Shown in pieces: positions 19,498-28,980 of a stretch of DNA of 64,000 nt (position 1 is its first letter; each line of letters begins with the position of its first letter). The stretch is from Candidatus Eiseniibacteriota bacterium (GTDB taxonomy: Bacteria > Eisenbacteria > RBG-16-71-46 > CAVPCR01), in the NCBI GenBank assembly GCA_963823555.1, contig CAWGMA010000001.1, positions 960,001-1,024,000 of the forward strand, in the 5' to 3' direction. Below the pieces are notes generated by a model. It made no database searches. It worked only from the letters and a program-made list of their open reading frames with translations, and was not told where the DNA came from. The position numbers and the translations under genes were made by a program.

Positions 19498-20739
19498 ATG
19501 ACTCATCCGGTGAAGACGGGCCTCGGCAAGCTGAGCGTCCGCGACCTCGACCTGCGCGGACCCGACGGCGCGGGCGGCAAGCGCGTGCTCATGCGGGTCG
19601 ACTTCAACGTGCCGCTCAAGGGCGGGAAGGTCGGGGACGACACCCGAATTCGCGCCACCCTGCCCACGGTCCACCTGCTCAAGGACGCCCGGGCGCGGAT
19701 CGTCCTGATGTCGCACCTCGGCCGGCCGAAGCAGCGGGACCCCGAGAAGTCCCTGGCTCCCGTGGCCGAGCACCTGGCCGGGCTCCTCGCTCAGCCGGTG
19801 GCGTTCGCGCCGGATTGCGTCGGACCGGAGGCCGAGCGGGAGGCGGCTGCGCTCGCGCCCGGGGGCCTCCTCCTGCTCGAGAACCTGCGCTTCCATCCCG
19901 AGGAGGAGGCCAACGATCCCGACTTCGCCCGTGCGCTGGGACGGCTGGGTGAGATCTACGTGGACGACGCCTTCGGTGCGGCACATCGCGCCCACGCTTC
20001 GACCGTGGGCGTGGCGGCAATCTTGCAGCCGGCGGCGGCGGGACTCCTTCTCGCCCGTGAGCTCGAGGTGCTGGGAAAGGTCCTCGAGTCGCCGGCGCGG
20101 CCTTTTGTCGCCATCCTCGGCGGGGCCAAGATCTCGGGCAAGATCGACGTCATCTTGAACCTCCTGCCGCGGGTCGATCGCATGCTGATCGGCGGGGCGA
20201 TGATGTACACGTTCCTCAAGGCCAAGGGGATCCCGGTCGGGCGCTCCCTGGTCGAGGATGACAAGCTCGACCTGGCGCGCGAGATCCTCGGCAAGGCGGG
20301 CGCCAAGCTCATCTTGCCCGTGGACACCCGCGTGGCGCCGGCGGCCGATGGATCGGGGGGCAACGGGTGGGTGGTGCCGGTCGGTCAGATCCCCGAAGGG
20401 GAGATCGGCGTCGATATCGGTGCCGCCACGGTCGCCCGCTTCAAGGAAGCGCTCGCCGATGCCCGCACGGTGCTCTGGAACGGGCCGATGGGGATCTTCG
20501 AGGTCGCATCCTTCGCCGATGGTACGCGCGAGGTGGCGAAGCTCCTGGGCGCTGCCACCGGGCGTGGTGCGACCACCATCGTCGGCGGCGGTGATTCGGT
20601 GGCGGCCATCGAGTCGGCCGGGCTGGCCGGAGAGATCTCGCACATCTCGACCGGAGGGGGAGCGTCGCTCGAGTTTCTCGAAGGCAAGGTCCTTCCCGGC
20701 GTCGCGGCGCTCACGGATGCGGACAAGGGTGTGCGATGA
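19498..20739 (+). CDS. pgk: Phosphoglycerate kinase
   Basis: RVDFNVP, SHLGRP, LLENLRF, DAFGAAHRAHAS, WNGPMG, HISTGGGASLEFLEGK. Confidence 0.98.
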   Translation: MTHPVKTGLGKLSVRDLDLRGPDGAGGKRVLMRVDFNVPLKGGKVGDDTRIRATLPTVHLLKDARARIVLMSHLGRPKQRDPEKSLAPVAEHLAGLLAQPVAFAPDCVGPEAEREAAALAPGGLLLLENLRFHPEEEANDPDFARALGRLGEIYVDDAFGAAHRAHASTVGVAAILQPAAAGLLLARELEVLGKVLESPARPFVAILGGAKISGKIDVILNLLPRVDRMLIGGAMMYTFLKAKGIPVGRSLVEDDKLDLAREILGKAGAKLILPVDTRVAPAADGSGGNGWVVPVGQIPEGEIGVDIGAATVARFKEALADARTVLWNGPMGIFEVASFADGTREVAKLLGAATGRGATTIVGGGDSVAAIESAGLAGEISHISTGGGASLEFLEGKVLPGVAALTDADKGVR

Positions 20740-21533
20740 GGCGGAAGCTGATCGCCGGAAACTGGAAGATGAACCTCGGTCCCCGGGCCGGAACCGAGCT
20801 CGCGCGCGCGGTGGTGCGCGTGCTGAGTGCCGGATCGGCCACGGATGCCGCATCCTTCAAGCCTCCGCAGGTGGTCCTGATCCCGCCGTTCGTCACGTTG
20901 CCGGCCGTGGCCGAGGCCATTCGCGGCTCAGCGATCGGTCTGGGGGCCCAGGACCTCCACTGGGAGCGGCATGGCGCCTTCACCGGTGAAGTGTCGGGAG
21001 AGATGCTCGTCGAAGTGGGGTGTCGCCACGTGCTCGTCGGCCACTCCGAGCGCCGCCACCTTTTCGACGAGACCGACGAGGTCGTCGCGCGCAAGGCACG
21101 CGCCGCACTCGGCATCGGGCTTTCTCCTCTCATCTGCGTCGGGGAGACCCTGGCTGAACGGGAGGCGGGGCAGACGGCGGAGGTGATCGAGCGCCAGATC
21201 CGGGCCGTGTTCGATGGGCTCGATGGCAAGCAGGCCATGGGCACCACCGTGGCGTATGAGCCGGTGTGGGCGATCGGCACCGGGAAGAACGCCACCCCGG
21301 ACCAGGCGGTCGAGGTGCATGTCCAGATCCGGCAACTCCTGTCCGGGTTCGTCGGGACAGGGGAAGCGGAAGCGCTGCGAATCCTCTATGGCGGGAGCGT
21401 CAACCCGCAGAACGCCGCCGGACTCCTCGGGAAGAAGGAGATCGACGGGGCGCTGGTCGGGGGGGCGAGCCTCAAGGCCGAGGAGTTCGGGCGGTTGATC
21501 CAGCTCGGAGCGGAGGTCCCACCCACCCGATGA
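20736..21533 (+). CDS. tpiA: Triosephosphate isomerase
   Basis: IAGNWKMN, GAFTGEVS, GHSERR, AYEPVWAIGTG, LYGGSV, LVGGASL. Confidence 0.98.
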   Translation: MRRKLIAGNWKMNLGPRAGTELARAVVRVLSAGSATDAASFKPPQVVLIPPFVTLPAVAEAIRGSAIGLGAQDLHWERHGAFTGEVSGEMLVEVGCRHVLVGHSERRHLFDETDEVVARKARAALGIGLSPLICVGETLAEREAGQTAEVIERQIRAVFDGLDGKQAMGTTVAYEPVWAIGTGKNATPDQAVEVHVQIRQLLSGFVGTGEAEALRILYGGSVNPQNAAGLLGKKEIDGALVGGASLKAEEFGRLIQLGAEVPPTR

Positions 21534-21631
21534 GGACCTGGCCCTCCTGGGCCCCCGGGCTGGAAGGGGGTGGTGGAGAGGGGTTTGCCGGGAGGGGACG
21601 CTGGCTTGAGAGGGGGCGGTTCAGTCCGGGG

Positions 21632-21661
21632 TTGAGGCGACCCGTAGCCCTGTGCTACCTT
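21632..21661 (+). promoter_or_regulatory. Putative sigma70 promoter of secG/tRNA-Leu
   Basis: TTGAGG-N18 with extended -10 TGcTACCTT. Confidence 0.45.
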
Positions 21662-21723
21662 TTTCCGGCTCGATTCCAGCAAAGCTCCCACGCCGCCACG
21701 TTTCGCCGGAGAGTGTTCGTCTG

Positions 21724-22197
21724 ATGTATATCGTGCTTCTTGTCCTCCATGTCCTGATCAGCCTCACGCTCATGATCTCCGTGCTCCTGCAGTCCGGTCG
21801 CGGCGGCGGGCTCGCCGGCGCCTTCGGTGGCGGCGGCGGGAGTCAGGCCATCTTCGGCGGCCGGGGCGCGGCCACCTTCCTCACCAAGGCGACGACGGTG
21901 CTCGGCGCCAGCTTCATGGTGAGCTCTCTCCTGCTCGCCATCCTGAGCAGTCATCGCGGGGAGGGCGGGAAGAGCGCGCTCGAGCGTGCCGCCGAGCAAG
22001 CAACGGAGGAGCCGGCCGGCCTGCCCGGACCTGGCGAGAGCGGATTCCCGGGATCGCTTCCCGAAGGTGGAGCCGGTGCTCCGACCGGAGGGCCGGCGGA
22101 GTCTCCAGCAGCGGGCACCTCGGCGCCGGCATTGCCCGGTGGCAGCGCTCCGCCGACGCCACCGCCCGCAGAGCCGCCCAGCGGCGGGGGTGGATAG
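21724..22197 (+). CDS. secG: Preprotein translocase subunit SecG with a Pro/Gly-rich tail
   Basis: VLLQSGRGGGLAGAFGGG...FLTKAT; two TM helices; tpiA-secG-tRNA-Leu synteny. Confidence 0.93.
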   Translation: MYIVLLVLHVLISLTLMISVLLQSGRGGGLAGAFGGGGGSQAIFGGRGAATFLTKATTVLGASFMVSSLLLAILSSHRGEGGKSALERAAEQATEEPAGLPGPGESGFPGSLPEGGAGAPTGGPAESPAAGTSAPALPGGSAPPTPPPAEPPSGGGG

Positions 22198-22281
22198 GGC
22201 GGGAGCTTCTGCGCGCGATCCACGAGGATCGCGTCACGTGATCGCGCCACCACCAGGCGCGTGATGAGAAATGAGCTTGGT

Positions 22282-22367
22282 GCCGGGATGGTGGAACCTG
22301 GTAGACACGCACGTTTGAGGGGCGTGTGGGGAAACCCGTGCGGGTTCAAATCCCGCTCCCGGCACCA
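22282..22367 (+). tRNA. tRNA-Leu (anticodon GAG)
   Basis: GCCGGGA/TCCCGGC acceptor stem + ACCA; D-loop with GG; CACGT-TTGAGGG-GCGTG anticodon arm; long variable arm GGG-GAAA-CCC; GGTTCAAATC T-loop. Confidence 0.97.
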
Positions 22368-22419
22368 CCTTTCCTAAGTTCCTGCCACTTCCTGCAGCCC
22401 ACTTCCGCACCGCCGGTGA

Positions 22420-22462
22420 AGTTTCCGCTGAAACATGGCAGGCCCTTGTTTCCGCGGAAACA
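22420..22462. repeat. Tandem pair of 16-bp palindromes (AGTTTCCGCTGAAACA; TGTTTCCGCGGAAACA)
   Basis: Copies at 22420-22435 (imperfect) and 22447-22462 (perfect palindrome). Confidence 0.75.
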
Positions 22463-22476
22463 TCGCGGTCGTGCTC

Positions 22477-24720
22477 TCACCGCACGACGAGGAGCCGCGC
22501 CGGGCGGGGAACCGCGGCGCCAGCTTCACCCGCGACCTCGATGAAGTAGACCCCCGACGGCAAGGACCTCGCCCCCACCAGCTCGGACCAGCGGACGGTG
22601 AGCCTCCCCGCCGGTCGCACCCCGAGCGCCCGCTCCCGCACCAGCCGCCCGGCGGCATCGTAGAGGTGGAGGACGGCGGGCCCATCCGCCGCCTGCGTCC
22701 ATTCGATCCGCCCCTCGGGCGTGACCGGATTGGGCTCCACCCTGAGCACGAGCGGCGGCACCGGGGCGGCGGGCTCGGCCGCCACCCCGATCGGGGCGGC
22801 GCAGCCGACCTCGAGCGCGCCGACGAGCCCGCACCCCGTGGGGGAGTGGGCCGCGGCGCAGGGTGAGGTCTCGGCGAGGGTGAAGTCGCCGCCGGCCACG
22901 TCGCAGAAGAGAGGATCTTCAGAGAAGCAGCCATTCAACCCGTACTGGTCGGCGATGCAGCCCACCCAGTCGCCGCCGGCGTTGCCATGGATGTCGGTGC
23001 AGGTGAGGACCGGGATCGTCTGGAGGCAGTTCACCGCCGCGCCCTGGGTGCCGAGAGCGATGATCGTGTTGTTGACGCTGATGGTGAGGAGCTCATAGGC
23101 GACATCAAGGCCGCTGCCGAATTCGGCACCGTTCCGGACGAACGTCAGGTGATCGAGGACGACCTCCCCCTGCACCTGGCCGGCCGTGATCCGCGCCCCG
23201 CCGCCGATCGTGGCCGTGTTGCCGTCGAACAGGCAACGCTCGACGCGAGCGGGCTCGCTCATGGGCTCGGGCCCCGAGCCGGTGCGCAGGTACAGGCCGC
23301 CACCCTGGGTGGACCAGTTGCCCGCGAACCGGCAGTCGCGAATGGTGGCCGTCCTCTGGCTTGTGCTCCGGTACAGGCCGCCACCATATTGCACCGCCGT
23401 GTTCTCCACGAACTCGCAGTCGGCGACGGTCAGAGTATCGCCCGAGGTGTAGAGGCCACCGCCGCCAATGGCGGCGTGGTTCCGCATGAAGGTGCAGCGC
23501 TCGATGACGGTCGATCGCGGCCAGCCCGAGGCGCGGAGGCCGCCGCACACGTGGTCGCTCGTGTTGTCGGTGAAGGTGCAATCCTCGATGCGAAGCGGCT
23601 CCCCGCTGACGCTGAGGCCGCCATAGGCACCCTCGGCGTGGTTCCCCGTGAACTCGCAGCGGGCGATGACGATGGGGTCATCCGAATGCAGGTAGGCGCC
23701 GCCACCGTACTGGCCGTTGCCGGGCCCGCCGCCCACGGCCTGATTCCCGGTGAAGACGCAGTCGGACATCGCGATTGCCGGTGCCTGTCTCCAGGTGATG
23801 CCGCCCCCGCCCCGGGGATCGGGGTTCCGGCGCGTGAGCGCCATGTTCTCCGTGAAGCTCGAGCGGGTGAGGGCGAGCGATGAGCTGTCGCCCCAGATGC
23901 CGCCGCCCGAGTAGCCGGCGAGGTTGCCCGTGAAGGTGCACTCGTCGACGGTGAGCGTCGAGCCCTCGAGGCAGTAGATCCCGGCCCCCTCCTGGCTCGT
24001 GTTGGCCTCGAATGCGCAGCCGGAGAGCGCGAGCACCGAGCTCCGGCAGTAGATGGCACCGGCGAGATTGAGGGCCGCGTTCTCCGTGAACGTGCAGTCG
24101 ATCGCGCTCGCGCTCGACCCCCCCGTCAGGAAGAGCCCGGCGCCGTGCCCCGCCATGTTGGCGCTGAACTCGACGCGCGTGAAGGTGGGGGTGGCTCCCG
24201 CCTCGGCGTACACCGCACCACCCCAGTTGTCGGCCGCGTTTCCCGTGAGGGTGCAATCCTCGAACACGGAGGCCGACTGGGCGAGGAAGACGGCGCCGCC
24301 GGTGTTGGCCTGGCAGGTGGTGACGATGCAGTCGCGCACGGTCGGGGAGGCACCCGAGATGTAGAACGCTCCACCGTAGCCCAGGGCGGAGCGGCCGCCG
24401 CGGATCGTGAAGCCCTCGACCACCGCCCCCGCCGGCTCCCCATCATCGAAGAGGAAACACTGCGCCGCGTTCCCGGCGTCGATCGTGGTCGCGCCCGGTG
24501 CGGTGGCCGAGCGCAAGACGACCGCCTTGCCGGCGAAATCGAGGTCCCGGTTGCCGGTCCCCGAGTAGGTCCCGGCGGCGACGAGGACGGTATCCCCGGA
24601 GGATGCCGCGGTGAGGCCGGCCTGGATCGTCGGCTGGTCGGCGGGGACGTGGATCGTGGCGGCGGAGGCGGCGCTGGCGGCGAGGAGGATGACCGCCAGG
24701 CAGAAGGTCACTCTGGCCAT
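22477..24720 (-). CDS. Secreted right-handed beta-helix (Pmp-like GGA/F..N repeat) protein with a C-terminal sorting domain
   Basis: Signal peptide; IHVPADQPTIQAGL; many C.F..N.A..GGG repeats; DPLFCD...DFTL...SPC; C-terminal VEPNP...LYDAAGRLV...SGVYF. Confidence 0.85.
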   Translation of the reverse strand: MARVTFCLAVILLAASAASAATIHVPADQPTIQAGLTAASSGDTVLVAAGTYSGTGNRDLDFAGKAVVLRSATAPGATTIDAGNAAQCFLFDDGEPAGAVVEGFTIRGGRSALGYGGAFYISGASPTVRDCIVTTCQANTGGAVFLAQSASVFEDCTLTGNAADNWGGAVYAEAGATPTFTRVEFSANMAGHGAGLFLTGGSSASAIDCTFTENAALNLAGAIYCRSSVLALSGCAFEANTSQEGAGIYCLEGSTLTVDECTFTGNLAGYSGGGIWGDSSSLALTRSSFTENMALTRRNPDPRGGGGITWRQAPAIAMSDCVFTGNQAVGGGPGNGQYGGGAYLHSDDPIVIARCEFTGNHAEGAYGGLSVSGEPLRIEDCTFTDNTSDHVCGGLRASGWPRSTVIERCTFMRNHAAIGGGGLYTSGDTLTVADCEFVENTAVQYGGGLYRSTSQRTATIRDCRFAGNWSTQGGGLYLRTGSGPEPMSEPARVERCLFDGNTATIGGGARITAGQVQGEVVLDHLTFVRNGAEFGSGLDVAYELLTISVNNTIIALGTQGAAVNCLQTIPVLTCTDIHGNAGGDWVGCIADQYGLNGCFSEDPLFCDVAGGDFTLAETSPCAAAHSPTGCGLVGALEVGCAAPIGVAAEPAAPVPPLVLRVEPNPVTPEGRIEWTQAADGPAVLHLYDAAGRLVRERALGVRPAGRLTVRWSELVGARSLPSGVYFIEVAGEAGAAVPRPARLLVVR

Positions 24721-24781
24721 GGTGGGCCTCATTGGCGGGTCAGCTCTGGAACGGGCTGCGGTTCAGCCGCGTATGCCATGA

Positions 24782-24825
24782 GTCATAGCCCCGTGTCCAG
24801 GGGCTGTCAAGGCTCGTGCTAAGAT
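24782..24825. promoter_or_regulatory. Putative divergent promoters (beta-helix gene / HtrA gene)
   Basis: Minus strand TTGACA-N17-TATGAC (24810-24782); plus strand extended -10 TGcTAAGAT (24817-24825). Confidence 0.4.
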
Positions 24826-24851
24826 CCCCGACCCAAGGAGAACCAACGGCC

Positions 24852-26059
24852 ATGTCGTTTGACCATCGTCCTTCGGCGCTCGTTCGCGTGTCGCCCCTGT
24901 TGCTCTTCCTTGCCGGCGTCGTCGCCGGCGCGATCTGGAGCCCGCGTGCGACGCCCGAGGCCCTGCGCGATCGCGCCGCGCTGGAGGCCCGGACGACCGA
25001 AGCCGCGACCACGGGCGAGGCGCCATCTCCCGGCTCCGTTCCCGTCGCCGCGACCGCGCCCCAGACCGTCCCTGATGTCGCGCGTCACGGGCTCTCGAAC
25101 GAGGAGCGGGAGACGATCGAGCTCTTCCGCGAGGCCTCGCCCGCGGTCGTCTACATCACATCGATGGTCGTCCGCCGGGACATGTTCACCTTGAACGTGC
25201 TCGAGATTCCCCAGGGCACGGGCTCGGGCTTCCTGTGGGACGGCGACGGTCACGTCGTCACCAACTACCATGTGATCCACGGCGCGACCGGGCGCAGGTC
25301 ACGCTCTCCGACAACTCGACCTGGGAGGCCAAGCTCGTCGGCACGGCGCCCGAGAAGGATCTCGCGGTCCTGCGCATCGAGGCGCCGCGCGAGCGCCTGC
25401 AGCCGATCCAGGTCGGGAACTCGGGCGATCTCCTGGTCGGCCAGAAGGTGCTCGCCATCGGCAACCCCTTCGGGCTCGACCAGACGCTCACGACCGGCAT
25501 CATCAGCGCGCTCGGGCGCGAGATCGAGTCGGTGACGAGGATCCCGATCCGGGACGTCGTCCAGACCGATGCCGCGATCAATCCCGGCAACTCGGGCGGT
25601 CCGCTCCTCGATTCCGCCGGTCGCCTGATCGGCGTCAACACCGCCATCTACAGCCCTTCGGGCGCCTATGCCGGGATCGGCTTCGCGATCCCGGTCGATA
25701 CCGTGAAGTGGGTGGTGCCGGACCTGATCACCCACGGCAAGGTCGTGCGCGCCACCCTCGGCGTTCATCTGGCCGCGCTCCAGGTAGGGCGGCGTCTGGG
25801 CATCGAAGGGGCTCTGGTGCTCGATGTCGTCCCCGGGAGCGGGGCTGAGCGCGCCGGGATCAAGCCCACCCGCCGTGATGCCCGTGGTCAGGCCTTGCTC
25901 GGTGACGTCATCGTCGCCATCGACGGCGAGGCGGTGAAGGACAACAACGATCTGATCCTGCTTCTCGAGACGAAGAAGGCAGGGGATCGCGTTCAGGTCG
26001 AGCTCATGCGCGACGGCCGGCGCGAGGCGGTCATGGTCACGCTCACCTCGTCCGACTAG
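24852..26059 (+). CDS. HtrA/DegP-family serine protease with one PDZ domain; split by a -1 frameshift near 25285
   Basis: GTGSGFLWD..GHVVTNYHV (frame 3); DLAVLRI, AIGNPFG, QTDAAINPGNSGGPL and PDZ (frame 2); SD AAGGAG. Confidence 0.9.
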
Positions 26060-26102
26060 ACGGGTCGAGCCGTGGTTCCCCTCCGGCCGCGTAAGAGGCT
26101 CG

Positions 26103-26531
26103 TCACTCTCCGGTGATCGTCACCAGGATCCGGCGCGATCGGCGCGGGCCATCGAAGTCGCAGAGGAACACGTTCTGCCAGGTGGAGAGCGCGAGCTCAC
26201 CGCCGCGGATCGGGATCACCTCGCTCGGCCCGACCAGCCCCGCCTTGATGTGGGCAGCCCCGTTGTCGTCGACGCGGTCGTGGCGCCATGAGCCTTCGGG
26301 GATGAGGCCCGAGAGGCAATCGATGACATCGAGCGTGATCTGCGGGTCGTCGTTCTCCTGCACCATGAGGGCTGCCGTGGCGCCATGGGCGTAGAGGGCG
26401 CAGATTCCATTCTCGACGCCGGCGCGGGCGACCTCCGCGCGTACGGCGGCCGTGACGTCGACGAGCTCCTGCTCGGCCCGGGTCGCAACCTCGATCTCGG
26501 CGGTGTGAATCTTCATCGGCCAATCGTCCAT
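26103..26531 (-). CDS. yjbQ: YjbQ/UPF0047 family protein
   Basis: VQENDDP, WRHD..DDNGAAHIKA, LSTWQNVFLCDFDGPR. Confidence 0.9.
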   Translation of the reverse strand: MDDWPMKIHTAEIEVATRAEQELVDVTAAVRAEVARAGVENGICALYAHGATAALMVQENDDPQITLDVIDCLSGLIPEGSWRHDRVDDNGAAHIKAGLVGPSEVIPIRGGELALSTWQNVFLCDFDGPRRSRRILVTITGE

Positions 26532-27826
26532 CAGGGAAGGAGACGACGCTTCTTGGCCGCCTGCGTGAGCTCCTCATGGAACTGCGGATGCGCGATCGCG
26601 ATCAGGGCCTCGGCACGCTCGCGGAGGTTCCTGCCGAAGAGATGCGCGACGCCGAACTCGGTCACCACGTAGTGGACGTCCGCCCGCGTGGTCACCACCC
26701 CGGCCCCCTCCTTGAGGAAGTTGACGATGCGCGACAGCTTGCCGTCGCGTGCCGTCGAGGTGAGGGCGATGATCGGCCGCCCGCCCTTCGACTGGGCCGC
26801 ACCACGGATGAAATCCACCTGGCCGCCGAAGCCCGAGTAGATCATGGGGCCGATCGAGTCCGAGCAGACCTGTCCGGTGAGATCCACCTCGAGGGCGGAG
26901 TTGATGGCCACGATGTTGTCGTTCTGGCTCACGAAGAACGGATTGTTGACGTACTCGCAGGGATGGGCCTCGAACATGGGGTTGTTATGCAGGTACTCGT
27001 AGAGCCGCTGTGATCCGAAGGCGAAGGTGAGGATCACCTTGCCTGGATGGAAGGACTTCTTGCGGCCGGTGATGATGCCCTTCTCGACGGCTTCCATCAC
27101 CCCATCGGAGACCATCTCGGTGTGGATGCCCAGATCCCGCTTTCCCTCGAGCTCCTTCAGCACGGCATCGGGCACGCCGCCGATTCCAAGCTGCAACGTG
27201 GCGCCGTCGGGAATCAGCGGTGCGATGTGCTTGGCGATCTGCGCCTCGACCGCGGTGATCTCCCTCCGCGGTAGCTCCGGGAGGGGAGCCGAGTGCTCGA
27301 CGATGTGAGTCATCTGGGACACATGGATGAAGGAGTCACCCAGCACGCGCGGCATATGCTCGTTGACCTGGGCGATGATGATGCGCGCGCAGTCGACGGC
27401 GCCCTTGGTGCCCAGGATCTCCACGCCGAAGCTGCAGAAACCGTGCTCGTCCGGCGGTGAGACCTGGATGATGGCGACATCGAGCGGAATGATCCCGTCG
27501 CGGAAGAGCCGCGGGATCTGATGCAGGAAGACGGGAACGTAATCGGCCCGGCCCTCGTTGATGGCGGCACGGTCGGCCGGTCCCACGAACAGGCTGTTGT
27601 GGCGGAAGCGGCCCTCGTGCTCGGGCTTGATCGGGTCCTTGCCGATCAGGAGCACGTGGTTGAGCTGGACATCGTGGAGCTGGCCATCCCGCTCGGTCAG
27701 GGCCTCGATCAGCGGGAACGGCGTGGCCGCATTCCCGCTGTAGTAGATGCGCTGGCCGCTCTCGACGATGGCGACCGCCTTCTCGGGCGTGGTGAGCTTC
27801 GCTTTGTAACTCTCGAACCAGGACAT
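26531..27826 (-). CDS. Acetyl-CoA hydrolase/CoA-transferase (4-hydroxybutyrate CoA-transferase-like)
   Basis: QVSPPDEHG, TLQLGIGGVP, LGIHTEM, EVDLTGQV, GFGGQVDFIRGA, VTEFG. Confidence 0.92.
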   Translation of the reverse strand: MSWFESYKAKLTTPEKAVAIVESGQRIYYSGNAATPFPLIEALTERDGQLHDVQLNHVLLIGKDPIKPEHEGRFRHNSLFVGPADRAAINEGRADYVPVFLHQIPRLFRDGIIPLDVAIIQVSPPDEHGFCSFGVEILGTKGAVDCARIIIAQVNEHMPRVLGDSFIHVSQMTHIVEHSAPLPELPRREITAVEAQIAKHIAPLIPDGATLQLGIGGVPDAVLKELEGKRDLGIHTEMVSDGVMEAVEKGIITGRKKSFHPGKVILTFAFGSQRLYEYLHNNPMFEAHPCEYVNNPFFVSQNDNIVAINSALEVDLTGQVCSDSIGPMIYSGFGGQVDFIRGAAQSKGGRPIIALTSTARDGKLSRIVNFLKEGAGVVTTRADVHYVVTEFGVAHLFGRNLRERAEALIAIAHPQFHEELTQAAKKRRLLP

Positions 27827-28963
27827 CTAGGACCGCACCTCCCCCCCCATGAGCGACTCGATCGGGCGGTAGTCGACTCCGAAAACGCTGGCAATGGTCT
27901 CGTTGGTGATGGTGCCGCGGTACATGGGTGTTCCCCGGGCCAGGGCCGGCTCGGCTGCGAGCGCCGCTTCGAGCCCGTGCTCCCCGATCGCCTCCAGGTA
28001 GTCGATGTGACCCAGGGTCAGCGCCTTGCTCGCCGTGCGCGGTATGTCGGCGGTCATGTTCGGCACGCAGTAGTAGACAACGCCCTCGAGGACGAACGTC
28101 GGGTTGTCGATCGTGGTCGGCCGGCTGGTCTCGAAGCATCCGCCCTGGTCGATCGAGAGATCGACCACGACCGATCCCGGACGCATGCCAAGGGCCATGT
28201 CCCTGGTCACGATGTAGGGGGAGGGGCCTCCAGGCGGCAGGAGGACCGCGCCGATCGCCACGTCCGCAATCTTGAGAAACCGCGTGATGGTGTCGCGATC
28301 AGGTTTGCTGGTGACGACCTGGCCCCTCGACTCGCTCTTCACCCGGCGGAGCTTGTCCAGGTCCTTGTCGAGGACGATGACGTGGGCTCCGGTTCCGAGC
28401 GCGGCCTCGGCAGCTGCGCGACCCGCCGTTCCAGCCCCCAGGATGAGCACGGTGGCCGGCGGCAGACCGGGTGCGGCGCCGAGGAGGACTCCCCGGCCGC
28501 CGCTTTCGCGCTGCAGGAGATAGGCCGCGGTGTGGATGGTCATCTGACCGGCCAGCTCGCTCATGGACTCGAGCACCGGGCGCCGCCCGTCCTCCTCCTC
28601 GATCGTCTCGTAGCCGATGGCCGTCAAGCGCCGCTCGCGCATCTCGGCGACGACGGCCCGCGGCTGCACCGACAGGTGCCAGAAGGCCATGTGGATCTGT
28701 TCCTCGGTGGTGAGGACGATCTCGTCCATGGTCGGCGCGGTCACGCCGAGGACGACCTGGGCTCGGCCGTACACCTCCTCGCGGCGAAAGACGATCTCCG
28801 CTCCGGCCTCGAGATAGGCCGCATCCGGGAAGTGGCTGGCATCCCCGGCTTGAGTTTCGATGAATACGCGGTGGCCCAGCGCGACGAGCGTGCGCACACC
28901 GCGCGGCGTCAAGCCGACACGGTGCTCGGTTCGATGCCGCTCGACAGGGACGCCAAAGTCCAT
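27827..28963 (-). CDS. ald: Alanine dehydrogenase-like protein (divergent)
   Basis: EHRVGLTP, IGYETI, MSELAG, GRGVLLG, DLSIDQGGCFETSRPTT, YCVPNM...PRTAS. Confidence 0.75.
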   Translation of the reverse strand: MDFGVPVERHRTEHRVGLTPRGVRTLVALGHRVFIETQAGDASHFPDAAYLEAGAEIVFRREEVYGRAQVVLGVTAPTMDEIVLTTEEQIHMAFWHLSVQPRAVVAEMRERRLTAIGYETIEEEDGRRPVLESMSELAGQMTIHTAAYLLQRESGGRGVLLGAAPGLPPATVLILGAGTAGRAAAEAALGTGAHVIVLDKDLDKLRRVKSESRGQVVTSKPDRDTITRFLKIADVAIGAVLLPPGGPSPYIVTRDMALGMRPGSVVVDLSIDQGGCFETSRPTTIDNPTFVLEGVVYYCVPNMTADIPRTASKALTLGHIDYLEAIGEHGLEAALAAEPALARGTPMYRGTITNETIASVFGVDYRPIESLMGGEVRS

Positions 28964-28980
28964 GTCCCACCCTCCTCCTT

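Noticed and set aside
20720..20745. Thermotoga-type pgk-tpi fusion by frameshifting
   Set aside because: Ordinary ATGA overlap with no slippery sequence.
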